NCBI GenBank assembly: GCA_035360515.1
Contig: DAOSAY010000008.1
Span: forward strand, 9,230 to 73,229
Direction: 5' to 3'
Source of the DNA: Bacteroidales bacterium
GTDB taxonomy: Bacteria > Bacteroidota > Bacteroidia > Bacteroidales > VadinHA17
Length of the DNA stretch: 64,000 nt
Positions within the stretch are counted from its first letter, which is position 1; the number at the start of each line of letters is the position of its first letter. This document shows, one piece after another, positions 47,209 through 57,146 of the stretch. Below the pieces are notes generated by a model that saw nothing but the letters and a program-made list of their open reading frames with translations, had not been told where the DNA came from and searched no databases. Position numbers and translations under genes: made by a program.

Positions 47209-48516
47209 ATGGTAAGGAAGTCTCTTAAAATATTATTTATATTATCAATTATATTGCTTGCAGGATACCACCCCGAAGCAGTTGAAAAAAATATCTACCT
47301 GAAAGAAAAACTTGTACCGGGCAACATAAGGCTTACCAATGATTTTTCTGAAGCACCTGAATTCGAAAATTTTGAACGAGTTATTCGTTATTTCATGCGC
47401 CGGTGGGACCTGGTAGGGGTGTCGGTGGCTGTTGCAAAAGACGGCAAACTTGTTTATGCAAAGGGATTTGGCCTTGCCGATAGTACATCAAAAGAACAGG
47501 TTCAACCATATTACCGCTTCAGAATAGCCAGTATATCCAAGCTGATAACTGCTGTGGCAATTATGAAACTTCAGGAAGAGGGCAAGTTGTCAATTAATGA
47601 CAGAGTTTTTGGACCCGATGGAATTCTTAATGATCCATATTATAGCAATCCTAAAGATAAGAGGATTTACGGCATAACCGTAGCCCACCTTCTTGCCCAT
47701 GAAGGCGGATGGACAACCCGTTTCGGGGACCAGATGTTTATGCCTTTTGTAGTGGCAAAAGAAATGGGAGTTCCCGTTCCTGTTGATACAAAGACAATAG
47801 TACGGTTTGCACTAAATAAGAATCTCCATTTTACACCCGGCACAGGCCGTTCATACTCCAACCTGGGATATGCTATACTTGGACTTGTAATTGAAAAAGT
47901 TTCAGGCTTGTCATACAGTGAATATTGCAGGAAAAACCTTTTTGAACCTTACGGTATATACGATATGTATCTGGCAAAAAATCTGAAGGACGAGAAGTTG
48001 CCTTTTGAGGTAACATATTATGTGCCACCCGATGCTATATTGAAACCTTCTGTTTATGGTAACGGTGAACTGGTTTCTCCCGCCTACGGGGGTAACGATA
48101 TAGAAGCACTGGGTGCTGCAGGAGCCTGGGTTGCCACAGCACCTGACCTCCTGAAATTTGTTCTGCATATTGACGGATTAAAAGGCAGGAAAGATATATT
48201 GCACGAAGAATCAATCAGGTTCATGACCGACAATAACAATAAATATGCTCCCATCGGTTGGAAGGGTACCATAAATAACGGAGTATGGTGGAGGACAGGC
48301 TCATTCCCGGGTACAGCAGGTATGGTGAAACGCCAGCCTGACGGTATCTCATGGGTATTTCTTACAAACACAAGTACATGGAATGGCCCTGAGATATCAA
48401 CGGAGATAAACATATTTATGACCAGAGCACTTTCACAGGTGAGAAAATGGCCTGAACGCGACCTGTTTAATTATTATGTGGAGGCTCCTCTGTCATCCGA
48501 CATAACAATCGAATAA
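47209..48516 (+). CDS. serine hydrolase, class C beta-lactamase/PBP family
   Basis: 435-aa ORF with an N-terminal signal/anchor and the SxxK motif ASISKLIT. Confidence 0.85.
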   Translation: MVRKSLKILFILSIILLAGYHPEAVEKNIYLKEKLVPGNIRLTNDFSEAPEFENFERVIRYFMRRWDLVGVSVAVAKDGKLVYAKGFGLADSTSKEQVQPYYRFRIASISKLITAVAIMKLQEEGKLSINDRVFGPDGILNDPYYSNPKDKRIYGITVAHLLAHEGGWTTRFGDQMFMPFVVAKEMGVPVPVDTKTIVRFALNKNLHFTPGTGRSYSNLGYAILGLVIEKVSGLSYSEYCRKNLFEPYGIYDMYLAKNLKDEKLPFEVTYYVPPDAILKPSVYGNGELVSPAYGGNDIEALGAAGAWVATAPDLLKFVLHIDGLKGRKDILHEESIRFMTDNNNKYAPIGWKGTINNGVWWRTGSFPGTAGMVKRQPDGISWVFLTNTSTWNGPEISTEINIFMTRALSQVRKWPERDLFNYYVEAPLSSDITIE

Positions 48517-48528
48517 AAACGAACAGTA

Positions 48529-49254
48529 ATGTGTTTTACAGTAAATGTAAACATTGTAAAGGAAGAGCTGGAAGAAAGATACCATGCCCGGCTGATTGAC
48601 CCTGAAAACTACCGCCCAAGCTATTATTATCATGCATTTTCAATTCCGAAACTTCCTGTTGTACACACCGGAAACAGGGAATTTATCGAACATATGAACT
48701 GGGGCCTGATCCCTTCATGGGTAAGAGACCGGGAAAAAGCTGATGAAATTAGATATAAAACGTTCAACGCAAGAGCAGAAAGTATTGATGCAAAGCCTTC
48801 ATTTTCAAATTCATTTGCTACAAGGAGGTGCATTATACCTGTAAAAGGATTTTTTGAATGGCAGCATGTTGGTGAAAGAAAAATTCCATGGTATGTCTTC
48901 AGAGCAGATGAAGATATAATGTCGCTTGCAGGTTTATGGTCGGAATGGGTGGATAATACTACCGGGGAAGTTGTAAAAACTTTTACTGTTATTACAACAG
49001 AGGCAAATGAGATGATGTCAAAGATTCACAACTCCAAAAAAAGGATGCCGGTTGTTCTGGAAAGATCATCAGAAGAAATATGGCTCGATTTGAAAGTTCC
49101 AAAAGACAAGCTTCTGAAACTGCTTGAACCCTATCCCGATAAAATTTTGAAGGCTTATACAATAGGCACACTTATTAACAGAAAAGATGCAGATAAAAAT
49201 AGTGCCGATTTAATTAAGCCTGTTGATTATAACTTACCGGGAAAACTGCTTTGA
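48529..49254 (+). CDS. SOS response-associated peptidase (SRAP/YedK family, abasic-site processing)
   Basis: 241-aa ORF with N-terminal Met-Cys (MCFT) catalytic Cys2. Also FNARAES and the typical SRAP core. Confidence 0.9.
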   Translation: MCFTVNVNIVKEELEERYHARLIDPENYRPSYYYHAFSIPKLPVVHTGNREFIEHMNWGLIPSWVRDREKADEIRYKTFNARAESIDAKPSFSNSFATRRCIIPVKGFFEWQHVGERKIPWYVFRADEDIMSLAGLWSEWVDNTTGEVVKTFTVITTEANEMMSKIHNSKKRMPVVLERSSEEIWLDLKVPKDKLLKLLEPYPDKILKAYTIGTLINRKDADKNSADLIKPVDYNLPGKLL

Positions 49255-49274
49255 TAATTTCCAGTTAGATCCTG

Positions 49275-50015
49275 TTACCACTGGGGAACAAAATGGTAGG
49301 TGAGGGTACCAGTCTGGTTCTTTGAGGCTGTTGCATCGGGATTAAATCTGGAGGAGTACGCCGAAATGATGGCTGCTTCTGTCAGGCAAGGATCAGAGGT
49401 AGTACTTTCACCTGCAATTATTGCTGCTTTTACTACTTCACCTTTCGGATTGACTTCAATTGCCAGCACAATTTTCCCTCCGCCTTCACACTTATAGATA
49501 GGAAGTGGCAGATAGACGTGGGTTCTTCCGGGCAGATAGTAATATATCCGGGTAGGACCACTGTATCTTGCCGCCATTTCGTTAGACTCACGCATTTTTT
49601 CATCCCTGTCTTCTTCATCTTTTTGAACTTCAATACCCCTGTCAGAGGATTCTGCCTTCAGTCTTTTTTGTTCATCAATATAGTTATCAGGACCAAGAAG
49701 ACCACTTTTTATCATTTCCTCCTTCACTCTGTCGATGTAATCTTCAGGATTAATTTTAAAATCGGGCTTTGCCGCAAGATTTCTCGCAATATTCAGTATT
49801 TCCTGGTCAACAGCCTGATTATCATCATTAATACCAACAGATTGTTTCGGTGCAAATTCTTCTGGCAGATTCTCTTCAAGAAAAATAATTTCATACTCCC
49901 GCATATATTTGTCAATATCGAGGGAACCTATTTTAACAATCATAAAAATGATACCCGCCGTAAGGTGAATAATCACAGCTCCGAGAATTCCAACAAGTTT
50001 TTCCCTTCCGTTCAT
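49275..50015 (-). CDS. TonB-C-like membrane-anchored protein
   Basis: 246-aa ORF with one N-terminal TM helix, an acidic linker and a C-terminal region resembling TonB_C (GKIVLAIEVNPKGEVVKAAI...AAIISAYSSRFNP). Confidence 0.55.
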   Translation of the reverse strand: MNGREKLVGILGAVIIHLTAGIIFMIVKIGSLDIDKYMREYEIIFLEENLPEEFAPKQSVGINDDNQAVDQEILNIARNLAAKPDFKINPEDYIDRVKEEMIKSGLLGPDNYIDEQKRLKAESSDRGIEVQKDEEDRDEKMRESNEMAARYSGPTRIYYYLPGRTHVYLPLPIYKCEGGGKIVLAIEVNPKGEVVKAAIIAGESTTSDPCLTEAAIISAYSSRFNPDATASKNQTGTLTYHFVPQW

Positions 50016-50040
50016 AATTCTGTGCGAAATTATAAATTAT

Positions 50041-50048
50041 TACTTTTG
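50041..50048 (+). promoter_or_regulatory. -7 promoter box (TACTTTTG) upstream of the AEC transporter gene
   Basis: Perfect TAnnTTTG, 31 nt upstream of the ATG. Confidence 0.4.
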
Positions 50049-50079
50049 CCACTCATTCCATAGATTAATTATATAACAA

Positions 50080-51033
50080 ATGCCAGTAGAAATAATTGTT
50101 AATCAGATTCTGATCCTTGCTATAGTTGCACTGGTTGGTGTAATTGCCTCAAAAGCAGGAGTAATAACTTCAGAAGGGAAAGATTTTCTTGCAAAAATTA
50201 TATTCAATGTTACCCTTCCTTCCATGCTTCTGGCAAGTTTTGGCAGTATTGATGCTACTCCGCGACTGCTTACAAACAGCCTGGAGTTTATTGGACTCTC
50301 CTTTTTCTCAATTATGCTGTTGTTTATTGCCGGAACGGCCGCATCATCCATACTGAAACTCAAAGGTGAAGAGTCGGCAATTTTCAGAATTCACAGCATG
50401 ATGGGCAATATTATATACCTTGCATTTCCTGTCATTTATTCCCTTTATGGACAGGAAGGCATTCTTTACGGAAGTATTTTTACAATAGTTTCAAATGTAG
50501 TTTTATGGACATTAGGAATTGTGATAATTGCCGGAAATTCCAAAATATCAGTAAAAGAAAGCTTTAAATATATCATCAACCCTAACACAATAGCTATTCT
50601 GACAGGATTTTGCCTTTTCCTGCTGCATATTAAGTTGCCCAAGATTATTATAGATTCAGTAGGAGGCATCGGAAGTACAAATACCTATCTTTCAATATTA
50701 TACATAGGTTCGGTTTTGTTTTATTCAAAAACCGGGAGATATTTGAAAAATATAAATATTTATGTCCTGTCGTTTAACAAAATGATCCTTGTCCCTTTTC
50801 TGCTTACAGGAATTTTTTGGTTAGCAGCGGCTTATCTTAACCTGCATTTTGACAAACTGGTTCTCTCGGTATTAATACTTGAATCAGCCATGCCATGTAT
50901 GGTGAATGTTGTTATTATAGCAAAAATCCTCGGAATGGATGATGCACCTGCCGTTGCCAATGTATTCGTAAGCACAATCTTAAGTATAATTACTTTGCCC
51001 ATTGTATTGATATTTCTTTCTGTTTTAAAGTAA
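50080..51033 (+). CDS. AEC (auxin efflux carrier) family transporter
   Basis: 317-aa polytopic membrane ORF with the two-halves organisation typical of the AEC family. Confidence 0.85.
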   Translation: MPVEIIVNQILILAIVALVGVIASKAGVITSEGKDFLAKIIFNVTLPSMLLASFGSIDATPRLLTNSLEFIGLSFFSIMLLFIAGTAASSILKLKGEESAIFRIHSMMGNIIYLAFPVIYSLYGQEGILYGSIFTIVSNVVLWTLGIVIIAGNSKISVKESFKYIINPNTIAILTGFCLFLLHIKLPKIIIDSVGGIGSTNTYLSILYIGSVLFYSKTGRYLKNINIYVLSFNKMILVPFLLTGIFWLAAAYLNLHFDKLVLSVLILESAMPCMVNVVIIAKILGMDDAPAVANVFVSTILSIITLPIVLIFLSVLK

Positions 51034-51050
51034 TTTTTAAAATCTAACCT

Positions 51051-51632
51051 ATGGGAAAATTATCTGTATTAGAAGTCATTAGAGATAGATGGAGTCCTTA
51101 CTCTTTTTCATCTATCCGGGTTGAAGAAGAAAAATTCGAACTGCTCTTTGAAGCTGCCCGTTTTGCACCTTCATCAATGAATGAACAACCCTGGCTTTTT
51201 ATATTTACAACAAAAGATGATGGGAAATATTTTGAAATTTTTCTTGATTTTCTTTATGAAGGAAACAGGATATGGGCTAAAAATGCTTATGTTATTGGTA
51301 TTGTAATGGCAAAAACCAGATTTTCAAAAAACGACTCTCCAAACAGACATTCACTTTATGATACAGGTATGGCTGTGGGTAATCTTCTTGCACAGGCAAC
51401 TTCCATGGGTTTGTATGTTCACCAGATGGGCGGTTTTTCGGTGGATAAGGTAAAGAAACATTTCGGGGCCGATGATTATATTGAACCTGTAGCGATGATG
51501 GCGATAGGGTACCTGGGAGATGGAACCGACCTGAGTGATGAGCTGAAAGTCAGGGATATGAAAAGAAGGCCGCGAAAAGCATTGAACGAATTTGTATTCA
51601 GAAATGAACTGAGTAACCCGGCTTTCAAGTAA
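51051..51632 (+). CDS. nitroreductase family protein
   Basis: 193-aa ORF with RWSPYSF and PSSMNEQPW motifs. Confidence 0.85.
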   Translation: MGKLSVLEVIRDRWSPYSFSSIRVEEEKFELLFEAARFAPSSMNEQPWLFIFTTKDDGKYFEIFLDFLYEGNRIWAKNAYVIGIVMAKTRFSKNDSPNRHSLYDTGMAVGNLLAQATSMGLYVHQMGGFSVDKVKKHFGADDYIEPVAMMAIGYLGDGTDLSDELKVRDMKRRPRKALNEFVFRNELSNPAFK

Positions 51633-51633
51633 A

Positions 51634-54060
51634 TCAGAAATAAGCCGTGAATTTTAAGTTAAGACTTCTTCCTGTAAGGTAATCGGGTATTGCGAATTGC
51701 CTTGAGCGGCCACTCTGGTTATTGACAGTCTTTATCCAGAAATATGAAACAGTATTGTTTATATCAAGCAGGTTGAAAATCTCTACACATACAATCAATT
51801 CTTCTATGCCACTCATGAAACCGGATGACGAAAAGTTATTGAAGACTTTTGTCATCCCGAGGTCAACGCGCCGGTATGGAGGCAACCTGTGATACTGGTC
51901 GTACCGGCTGTTAAATGGAGATATTACCGGCAGTCCTGTCACAAACGAAATGTTAATATGTGCCCTGTAACTCGGATTTCCGGGTAAATAATCCTGGAAA
52001 AATATATTGCAGTTGAGTGTCTGTTCCGAAGGTGATGGAAACATATCCTCGATAATACCAGGCATTTCTAGTTTCGAATCCATAATAGAAAGGCTGAACC
52101 ACGATTCGGCGCCTTCGACAAATTCACCATTCAGTCTGAAGTCAATACCCCTGCTGTAACCTGTAGCCATGTTATCTCCTTCGTATATTATTCTTACATT
52201 ATCAAGACGGTAAGGGATAATACCAGAAAGCTTTTTGTTGTAAATCTCTGCTGTGAATCTGAATGGTCTTTCCCATGCTTTGAAGTCGTACGACATGCCT
52301 GTTACTACATGAAATGATTTCTGGGACTTGATATTTTTATTAAGTGTTCCGTCAGGGAAGCGCATCTCTCTGTAAAAGGGCGGCTGAATATATGCTCCTG
52401 ATGCCAGCCACGCCGAGATGCCCTTTTCCATTTCAACTCTGGCAGAAAACCTTGGACAGGCAAAAAACTCTGATGTAAATGAGTTATATGTGCTTCTTAT
52501 CCCTCCTGTTAGTATTGTATTGTATTTTTCTCCCCTTAATGTTGCCCTTGCTTCTCCATATGCTTCGTAAATACGGTTGATTATTCTGTTGCTCCCTTTC
52601 AACATTGAACTTACTCTGAGTTCGCCGTTTGTATTCCATGGAATTGAAAAGCCTGCTGAGTCAACCATTTTCCATTCACGGATATTATCGTTAATGATTT
52701 CATTGTTTGCCTTCAGACCCCATCTGAAAGACAGGTTATCTGAAGCGTTCATAAAACCGCTGTACTTTATCGTAAAAAATCTTGCACTGATTTTGTTCCG
52801 TGCATGCGAAAGGAAACTTCCTACTCCTATGTTTAACAGAGTATCAACCATGTTTTCAGAACCCATATTCCTGTCCAGCATGTTTAGACTGTAAAATCCC
52901 CTGATGTCGAATTGTTCCCTTTCGTTTGTTCCGAAATTTGAAATAATTATCTTATGTGTTGATTTTATTCCAGAATATTTCCAGGTTAATGCAGTGTTCC
53001 AGGTCTGGTACCTGTCTTTTTCTCTTCCTTCGAAGACAACATAGAGCCTATAGGCTTCAGTTTCATTTCCAAACTTGCTTTCCCTGCTGCGCGGTACATA
53101 ATTATAGGTATTGGATGAATAAGTGCCAAACAGTGAAATCTCCGACTTATTTCCAGTCTTAATGGTTACAATGCTCTGTATATCTGCAAAAACTGGCAGG
53201 TAATCGCCTTTTGAATCAAGGGTTTTTAGCATAAGCCTGCTCGATTTGTACCTTAGTCCGGTAAGCCAGGTTATTTTACCCGAGCGACTTATCCCTTCAA
53301 AATGTGCAGTGTTAATCAATAATCCTGCAGAAACTGAACCTTTTAAATTATCAGGGCGCCTGTAAGTAATATCGAGTACCGATGACATTTTATCGCCGTA
53401 TGTGACGCCGAAACCACCTGCTGAAAACAACACTGAGCTCACCATATCTGGGTTTATAACGCTAAGACCTTCCTGTTGACCTGATCTTATCAGAAAAGGC
53501 CTGAATATTTCAACGTCATTGATATAAACCAGGTTTTCATCGAAGTTTCCGCCTCTTACCGAATACTGGCTGCTGAGTTCGTTATTTGAGGAAACACCCG
53601 GAAGAGTTTTCAGTACAGTCTCAAAACTGCCCGATGCTGAAGGCATCATGCTGAAATCTTTCGGAGAAATACTGATCATTCCTGCTCCAGACTGCTTGCT
53701 CCGGGCTGATACAGTAATTTCATCAAGTCCTGTAACCTTTCTGCTGAGGATTATTTCTCCCAGATCAATATTATAGTTACAAACGATTGTTATCGCTTTT
53801 CTTTCATAACCTGTGACAGAAATACTGAGAATATGCTCTTTTCCATCTTTCAGAACAGAAAGGGAGAATAAACCATGATTATCGGTATATATGCCTGTAT
53901 TATAGTTGCTTATAGTTATGGTTGCATTTTCAACTGGAATTCCTGTTGTATCTTTTACAACACCTCTGATAACAATTAGATCCTGGGCAGTTGAATAACT
54001 ATTACTCAGAAAGACTAAAGGAATAACAGCCTGGATTATTATTTTGGGTAACCGGACCAT
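51634..54060 (-). CDS. TonB-dependent receptor with N-terminal CarboxypepD_reg-like domain
   Basis: 808-aa ORF with a signal peptide, a CarboxypepD_reg domain (RGVVKDTTGIPVENATI), a plug domain (LPGVSS..., VRGG) and a beta-barrel ending ..FTAYF. Confidence 0.85.
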   Translation of the reverse strand: MVRLPKIIIQAVIPLVFLSNSYSTAQDLIVIRGVVKDTTGIPVENATITISNYNTGIYTDNHGLFSLSVLKDGKEHILSISVTGYERKAITIVCNYNIDLGEIILSRKVTGLDEITVSARSKQSGAGMISISPKDFSMMPSASGSFETVLKTLPGVSSNNELSSQYSVRGGNFDENLVYINDVEIFRPFLIRSGQQEGLSVINPDMVSSVLFSAGGFGVTYGDKMSSVLDITYRRPDNLKGSVSAGLLINTAHFEGISRSGKITWLTGLRYKSSRLMLKTLDSKGDYLPVFADIQSIVTIKTGNKSEISLFGTYSSNTYNYVPRSRESKFGNETEAYRLYVVFEGREKDRYQTWNTALTWKYSGIKSTHKIIISNFGTNEREQFDIRGFYSLNMLDRNMGSENMVDTLLNIGVGSFLSHARNKISARFFTIKYSGFMNASDNLSFRWGLKANNEIINDNIREWKMVDSAGFSIPWNTNGELRVSSMLKGSNRIINRIYEAYGEARATLRGEKYNTILTGGIRSTYNSFTSEFFACPRFSARVEMEKGISAWLASGAYIQPPFYREMRFPDGTLNKNIKSQKSFHVVTGMSYDFKAWERPFRFTAEIYNKKLSGIIPYRLDNVRIIYEGDNMATGYSRGIDFRLNGEFVEGAESWFSLSIMDSKLEMPGIIEDMFPSPSEQTLNCNIFFQDYLPGNPSYRAHINISFVTGLPVISPFNSRYDQYHRLPPYRRVDLGMTKVFNNFSSSGFMSGIEELIVCVEIFNLLDINNTVSYFWIKTVNNQSGRSRQFAIPDYLTGRSLNLKFTAYF

Positions 54061-54744
54061 TTATTTCTGTCGGCGTGCTTTTGTTTTGCTGCCTGACTTC
54101 TCTTCTGATTTTTCATTTTTAAGAAGTCCGCTTTTCAGTCCGCTGAAGAATTTTGCCCATGCAAAAGGATTGAGCAGGTTGTTAGCTGGATTCTGATTGC
54201 GTGTCATAATGGCATTGGCATTCTGCTGCATTGCCATCCTGAATCCGGCTTCGGGCGTAACTGCATACGCTCCGGTCTGGTTTATGCTCTCCTGTATAAG
54301 ATAGAGATTTTCATACATGTATTGAATCTCCGGCTTGATAACAGGCCGGGTGGCAAGAAATTCCCTTTTGAATTCCTCATAGGTTTTCCATGGAAATATT
54401 GTTATGCCTTCAATTGAAATGGTATCGGCAACAAGCATTACATCCTGCTTGTAGATACGGCCATCAAAATCGGAAGGGATACTGTAAGAATATTTTTTAT
54501 AACCTAGTGCACTGATGATTATTGTATCTCCGGGCATGGATATAATGGAATAAATACCTGTTACTTCACTTATTGTACCCCTCCGAAGTTTTTGGGAAAA
54601 TACCGAGGCATTGTATACAGGCTCGTTCTCACGGTTAGTAATTACCCCGCTTGCCTGTATAAGTTTATACTTTTGACTTTCCTGAGCCTCTAATACTCTC
54701 AGGGATACCACCAACAAAAAAAATATATAAAATACCCTTCTCAA
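54061..54744 (-). CDS. CarboxypepD_reg-like domain protein
   Basis: 227-aa ORF with a signal peptide and a CarboxypepD_reg-like region (ASGVITNRENEPVYNASV...GYKKYSYSI). Directly abuts the TonB-dependent receptor gene. Confidence 0.7.
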   Translation of the reverse strand: MRRVFYIFFLLVVSLRVLEAQESQKYKLIQASGVITNRENEPVYNASVFSQKLRRGTISEVTGIYSIISMPGDTIIISALGYKKYSYSIPSDFDGRIYKQDVMLVADTISIEGITIFPWKTYEEFKREFLATRPVIKPEIQYMYENLYLIQESINQTGAYAVTPEAGFRMAMQQNANAIMTRNQNPANNLLNPFAWAKFFSGLKSGLLKNEKSEEKSGSKTKARRQK

Positions 54745-54907
54745 TAGTTGTTTTTATTTATAACGCAATCCGACAAAAAAGAGTCTGTAAAGTAAATAAT
54801 AATGATTTTATTTGGTAAAACTTTTAACTTAATTTTAATAAATGAATTGTTCTGGTTAAACAATTTCTTGTTTGCTGTTCCTGATAAAAATCGTTATTGA
54901 GTTGATT

Positions 54908-54915
54908 TAATTTTG
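54908..54915 (+). promoter_or_regulatory. -7 promoter box (TAATTTTG) upstream of iorA
   Basis: Perfect TAnnTTTG, 32 nt upstream of the ATG. Confidence 0.4.
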
Positions 54916-54947
54916 TTAATATTACCATGTTATAAAAATCCTCTATT

Positions 54948-56570
54948 ATGCAGAGATTATTGTTGCTTGGAGATGAGGCAATTGCTCAGGGCGCTATTGA
55001 TGCAGGCATAAGCGGAATGTATGCATATCCTGGAACGCCGTCGACCGAAATAATGGAATATATTCAGGCTTCTCCCGAAGGAAAGTCAGGCAGGATAGAA
55101 TGCAGATGGTCGTCGAATGAAAAGACTGCAGTTGAAACGGCACTTGGTATGTCATATTGTGGGAAGAGAGCCATGGCAGCCATGAAACATGTTGGACTGA
55201 ATGTCGCGGCCGATGCTTTCATAAATTCCGCCATTACAGGGGTTAATGGCGGGCTTATTATTGTTGCGGCAGATGACCCTTCCATGCATTCATCACAGAA
55301 TGAGCAGGATTCTCGATTCTACGGGAAATTTGCGCATGTTCCGGTATATGAACCCAGAAATCAGCAGGAAGCTTATGATATGGTATTTGATGCTTTTGAA
55401 CTATCCGAAAAGTACTCGTTACCCGTGTTAATGAGAATCCCAACCCGACTTGCTCATTCAAGATCCGGTGTTGTAAAACGGAGACAGATTCCTGAAAAAA
55501 AATTCAGGCTTCCCGATGATTCCAGGAGGTTTATTCTTATGCCGGCAATAGCACGGAAACGATTCAAAATCCTGCTGGAAAATTATGAAAAATTGCAGTT
55601 TGATAACAGGCTTACAAAATATAATACTTTTAAAGATGGACCCGACCGAAGCCTTGGAATTATAGCTTGTGGGATTGCAGTAAATTATTTGATGGAGAAT
55701 TTTTCTGATGATGAATTGCCATATCCGTTACTTTCGGTTTCAACTTATCCTTTTTCAAAGGATATCATAAAGGACATTACCGGTAGGTGCAGGGAGATAC
55801 TTGTTCTTGAAGAGGGCTATCCCCTGGTAGAAGAGCAGCTTAGAGGCATTCTTGACGAAGGCAGAAGGATATATGGCAGAATGGATGGGACAATACCACG
55901 TGACGGTGAACTGAATCCCGACATTGTTGCATCGGCTCTTGGCATTAAAGCTGGGAAAGGGCATACTGTTCCTGAAATAGTCAAAAGCAGACCTCCTTCA
56001 TTCTGCAAGGGATGCGGGCATGCCGACATGTTCAATGCAATAGTTGAAGCAATCAAACCCTACGGGATTCAGGGGGTCTTTTCTGATATAGGATGTTATA
56101 CACTTGCAGCCCTTCCGCCATACAGCTGTATAAATTCATGTGTCGACATGGGCGCTTCTGTTACCATGGCAATCGGTGCTGCAGATGCAGGTCTTTTCCC
56201 CTCCATAGCCGTTATAGGCGACTCCACATTTACCCATTCAGGGATGCCCGGACTCCTGGATGCAGTGGCAAAAAATTCACCGGTTACAATTATTATAGCC
56301 GATAACCTCACAACAGGCATGACCGGCGGACAGGAATCGAATGCTACAGGGAGACTTCAGAGCATATGTACTGGTATTGGAGTTGCTCCGGAACATGTGC
56401 GAACAATCGTTCCCCTCAGGAGAAATCATGAAGAAAATGTACGTATAATGAGGGAAGAGTTTGAATACAGAGGACCTTCGGTTGTAATTGCAACAAGGGA
56501 ATGCATTCAGGCAGGAGCCAGAAGGAGAAAAAGTGAAAAATCTGAAAAACAGAAAAACAACGAAGAATGA
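54948..56570 (+). CDS. iorA: indolepyruvate:ferredoxin oxidoreductase alpha subunit
   Basis: 540-aa ORF with a TPP-dependent 2-oxoacid:ferredoxin oxidoreductase fold (LLLGDEAIAQGAIDAG, CKGCGH, GDSTFTHSG). Overlaps iorB by 4 nt. Confidence 0.9.
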   Translation: MQRLLLLGDEAIAQGAIDAGISGMYAYPGTPSTEIMEYIQASPEGKSGRIECRWSSNEKTAVETALGMSYCGKRAMAAMKHVGLNVAADAFINSAITGVNGGLIIVAADDPSMHSSQNEQDSRFYGKFAHVPVYEPRNQQEAYDMVFDAFELSEKYSLPVLMRIPTRLAHSRSGVVKRRQIPEKKFRLPDDSRRFILMPAIARKRFKILLENYEKLQFDNRLTKYNTFKDGPDRSLGIIACGIAVNYLMENFSDDELPYPLLSVSTYPFSKDIIKDITGRCREILVLEEGYPLVEEQLRGILDEGRRIYGRMDGTIPRDGELNPDIVASALGIKAGKGHTVPEIVKSRPPSFCKGCGHADMFNAIVEAIKPYGIQGVFSDIGCYTLAALPPYSCINSCVDMGASVTMAIGAADAGLFPSIAVIGDSTFTHSGMPGLLDAVAKNSPVTIIIADNLTTGMTGGQESNATGRLQSICTGIGVAPEHVRTIVPLRRNHEENVRIMREEFEYRGPSVVIATRECIQAGARRRKSEKSEKQKNNEE

Positions 56571-57145
56571 AAAAAGATATAATAATAGCAGGCGTAGGCG
56601 GACAGGGAATACTTTCCATCGCTGCAACAATTGGTCTTGCAGCAGTAGAAAAAAACATGTTTCTCAAGCAATCGGAAGTCCATGGCATGAGCCAGAGAGG
56701 CGGGGATGTGGTTTCACATCTGAGAATATCTGATAAGCCCATTCATTCCGACCTGATACCTTATGGCACTTCTGACTTGATTATATCAGTTGAGCCTATG
56801 GAAGCACTCAGGCATTTACCATGGCTTGCTCCAGGTGGATGGATTGTGACAAATTCAAATCCATATGTTAATATATCCGATTATCCTCCTGTAGATGAGA
56901 TAATTAAGAATATAAAGAAGGTTAAAAACAGCATAATTGTTGATGCTGATTCAATTGCTGCTGATTGTGGTTCCATTAAAGCTGCAAATATGGTAATTCT
57001 TGGAGCAGCATCTCCTTTTATGGGAATACCGCTGGAAAATCTTGAAGATGCATTGAAAAAAATGTTTTCAAAAAAGGGAGAGCAGATAGTGGAAATCAAC
57101 CTGAAGGCTTTCAGGTCAGGTAGAAAAATTGCAGAAGTTCAATGA
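56567..57145 (+). CDS. iorB: indolepyruvate oxidoreductase beta subunit
   Basis: 192-aa ORF with the gamma-type domain motif IIIAGVGGQGILS. Translationally coupled to iorA. Confidence 0.9.
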   Translation: MKKDIIIAGVGGQGILSIAATIGLAAVEKNMFLKQSEVHGMSQRGGDVVSHLRISDKPIHSDLIPYGTSDLIISVEPMEALRHLPWLAPGGWIVTNSNPYVNISDYPPVDEIIKNIKKVKNSIIVDADSIAADCGSIKAANMVILGAASPFMGIPLENLEDALKKMFSKKGEQIVEINLKAFRSGRKIAEVQ

Positions 57146-57146
57146 A

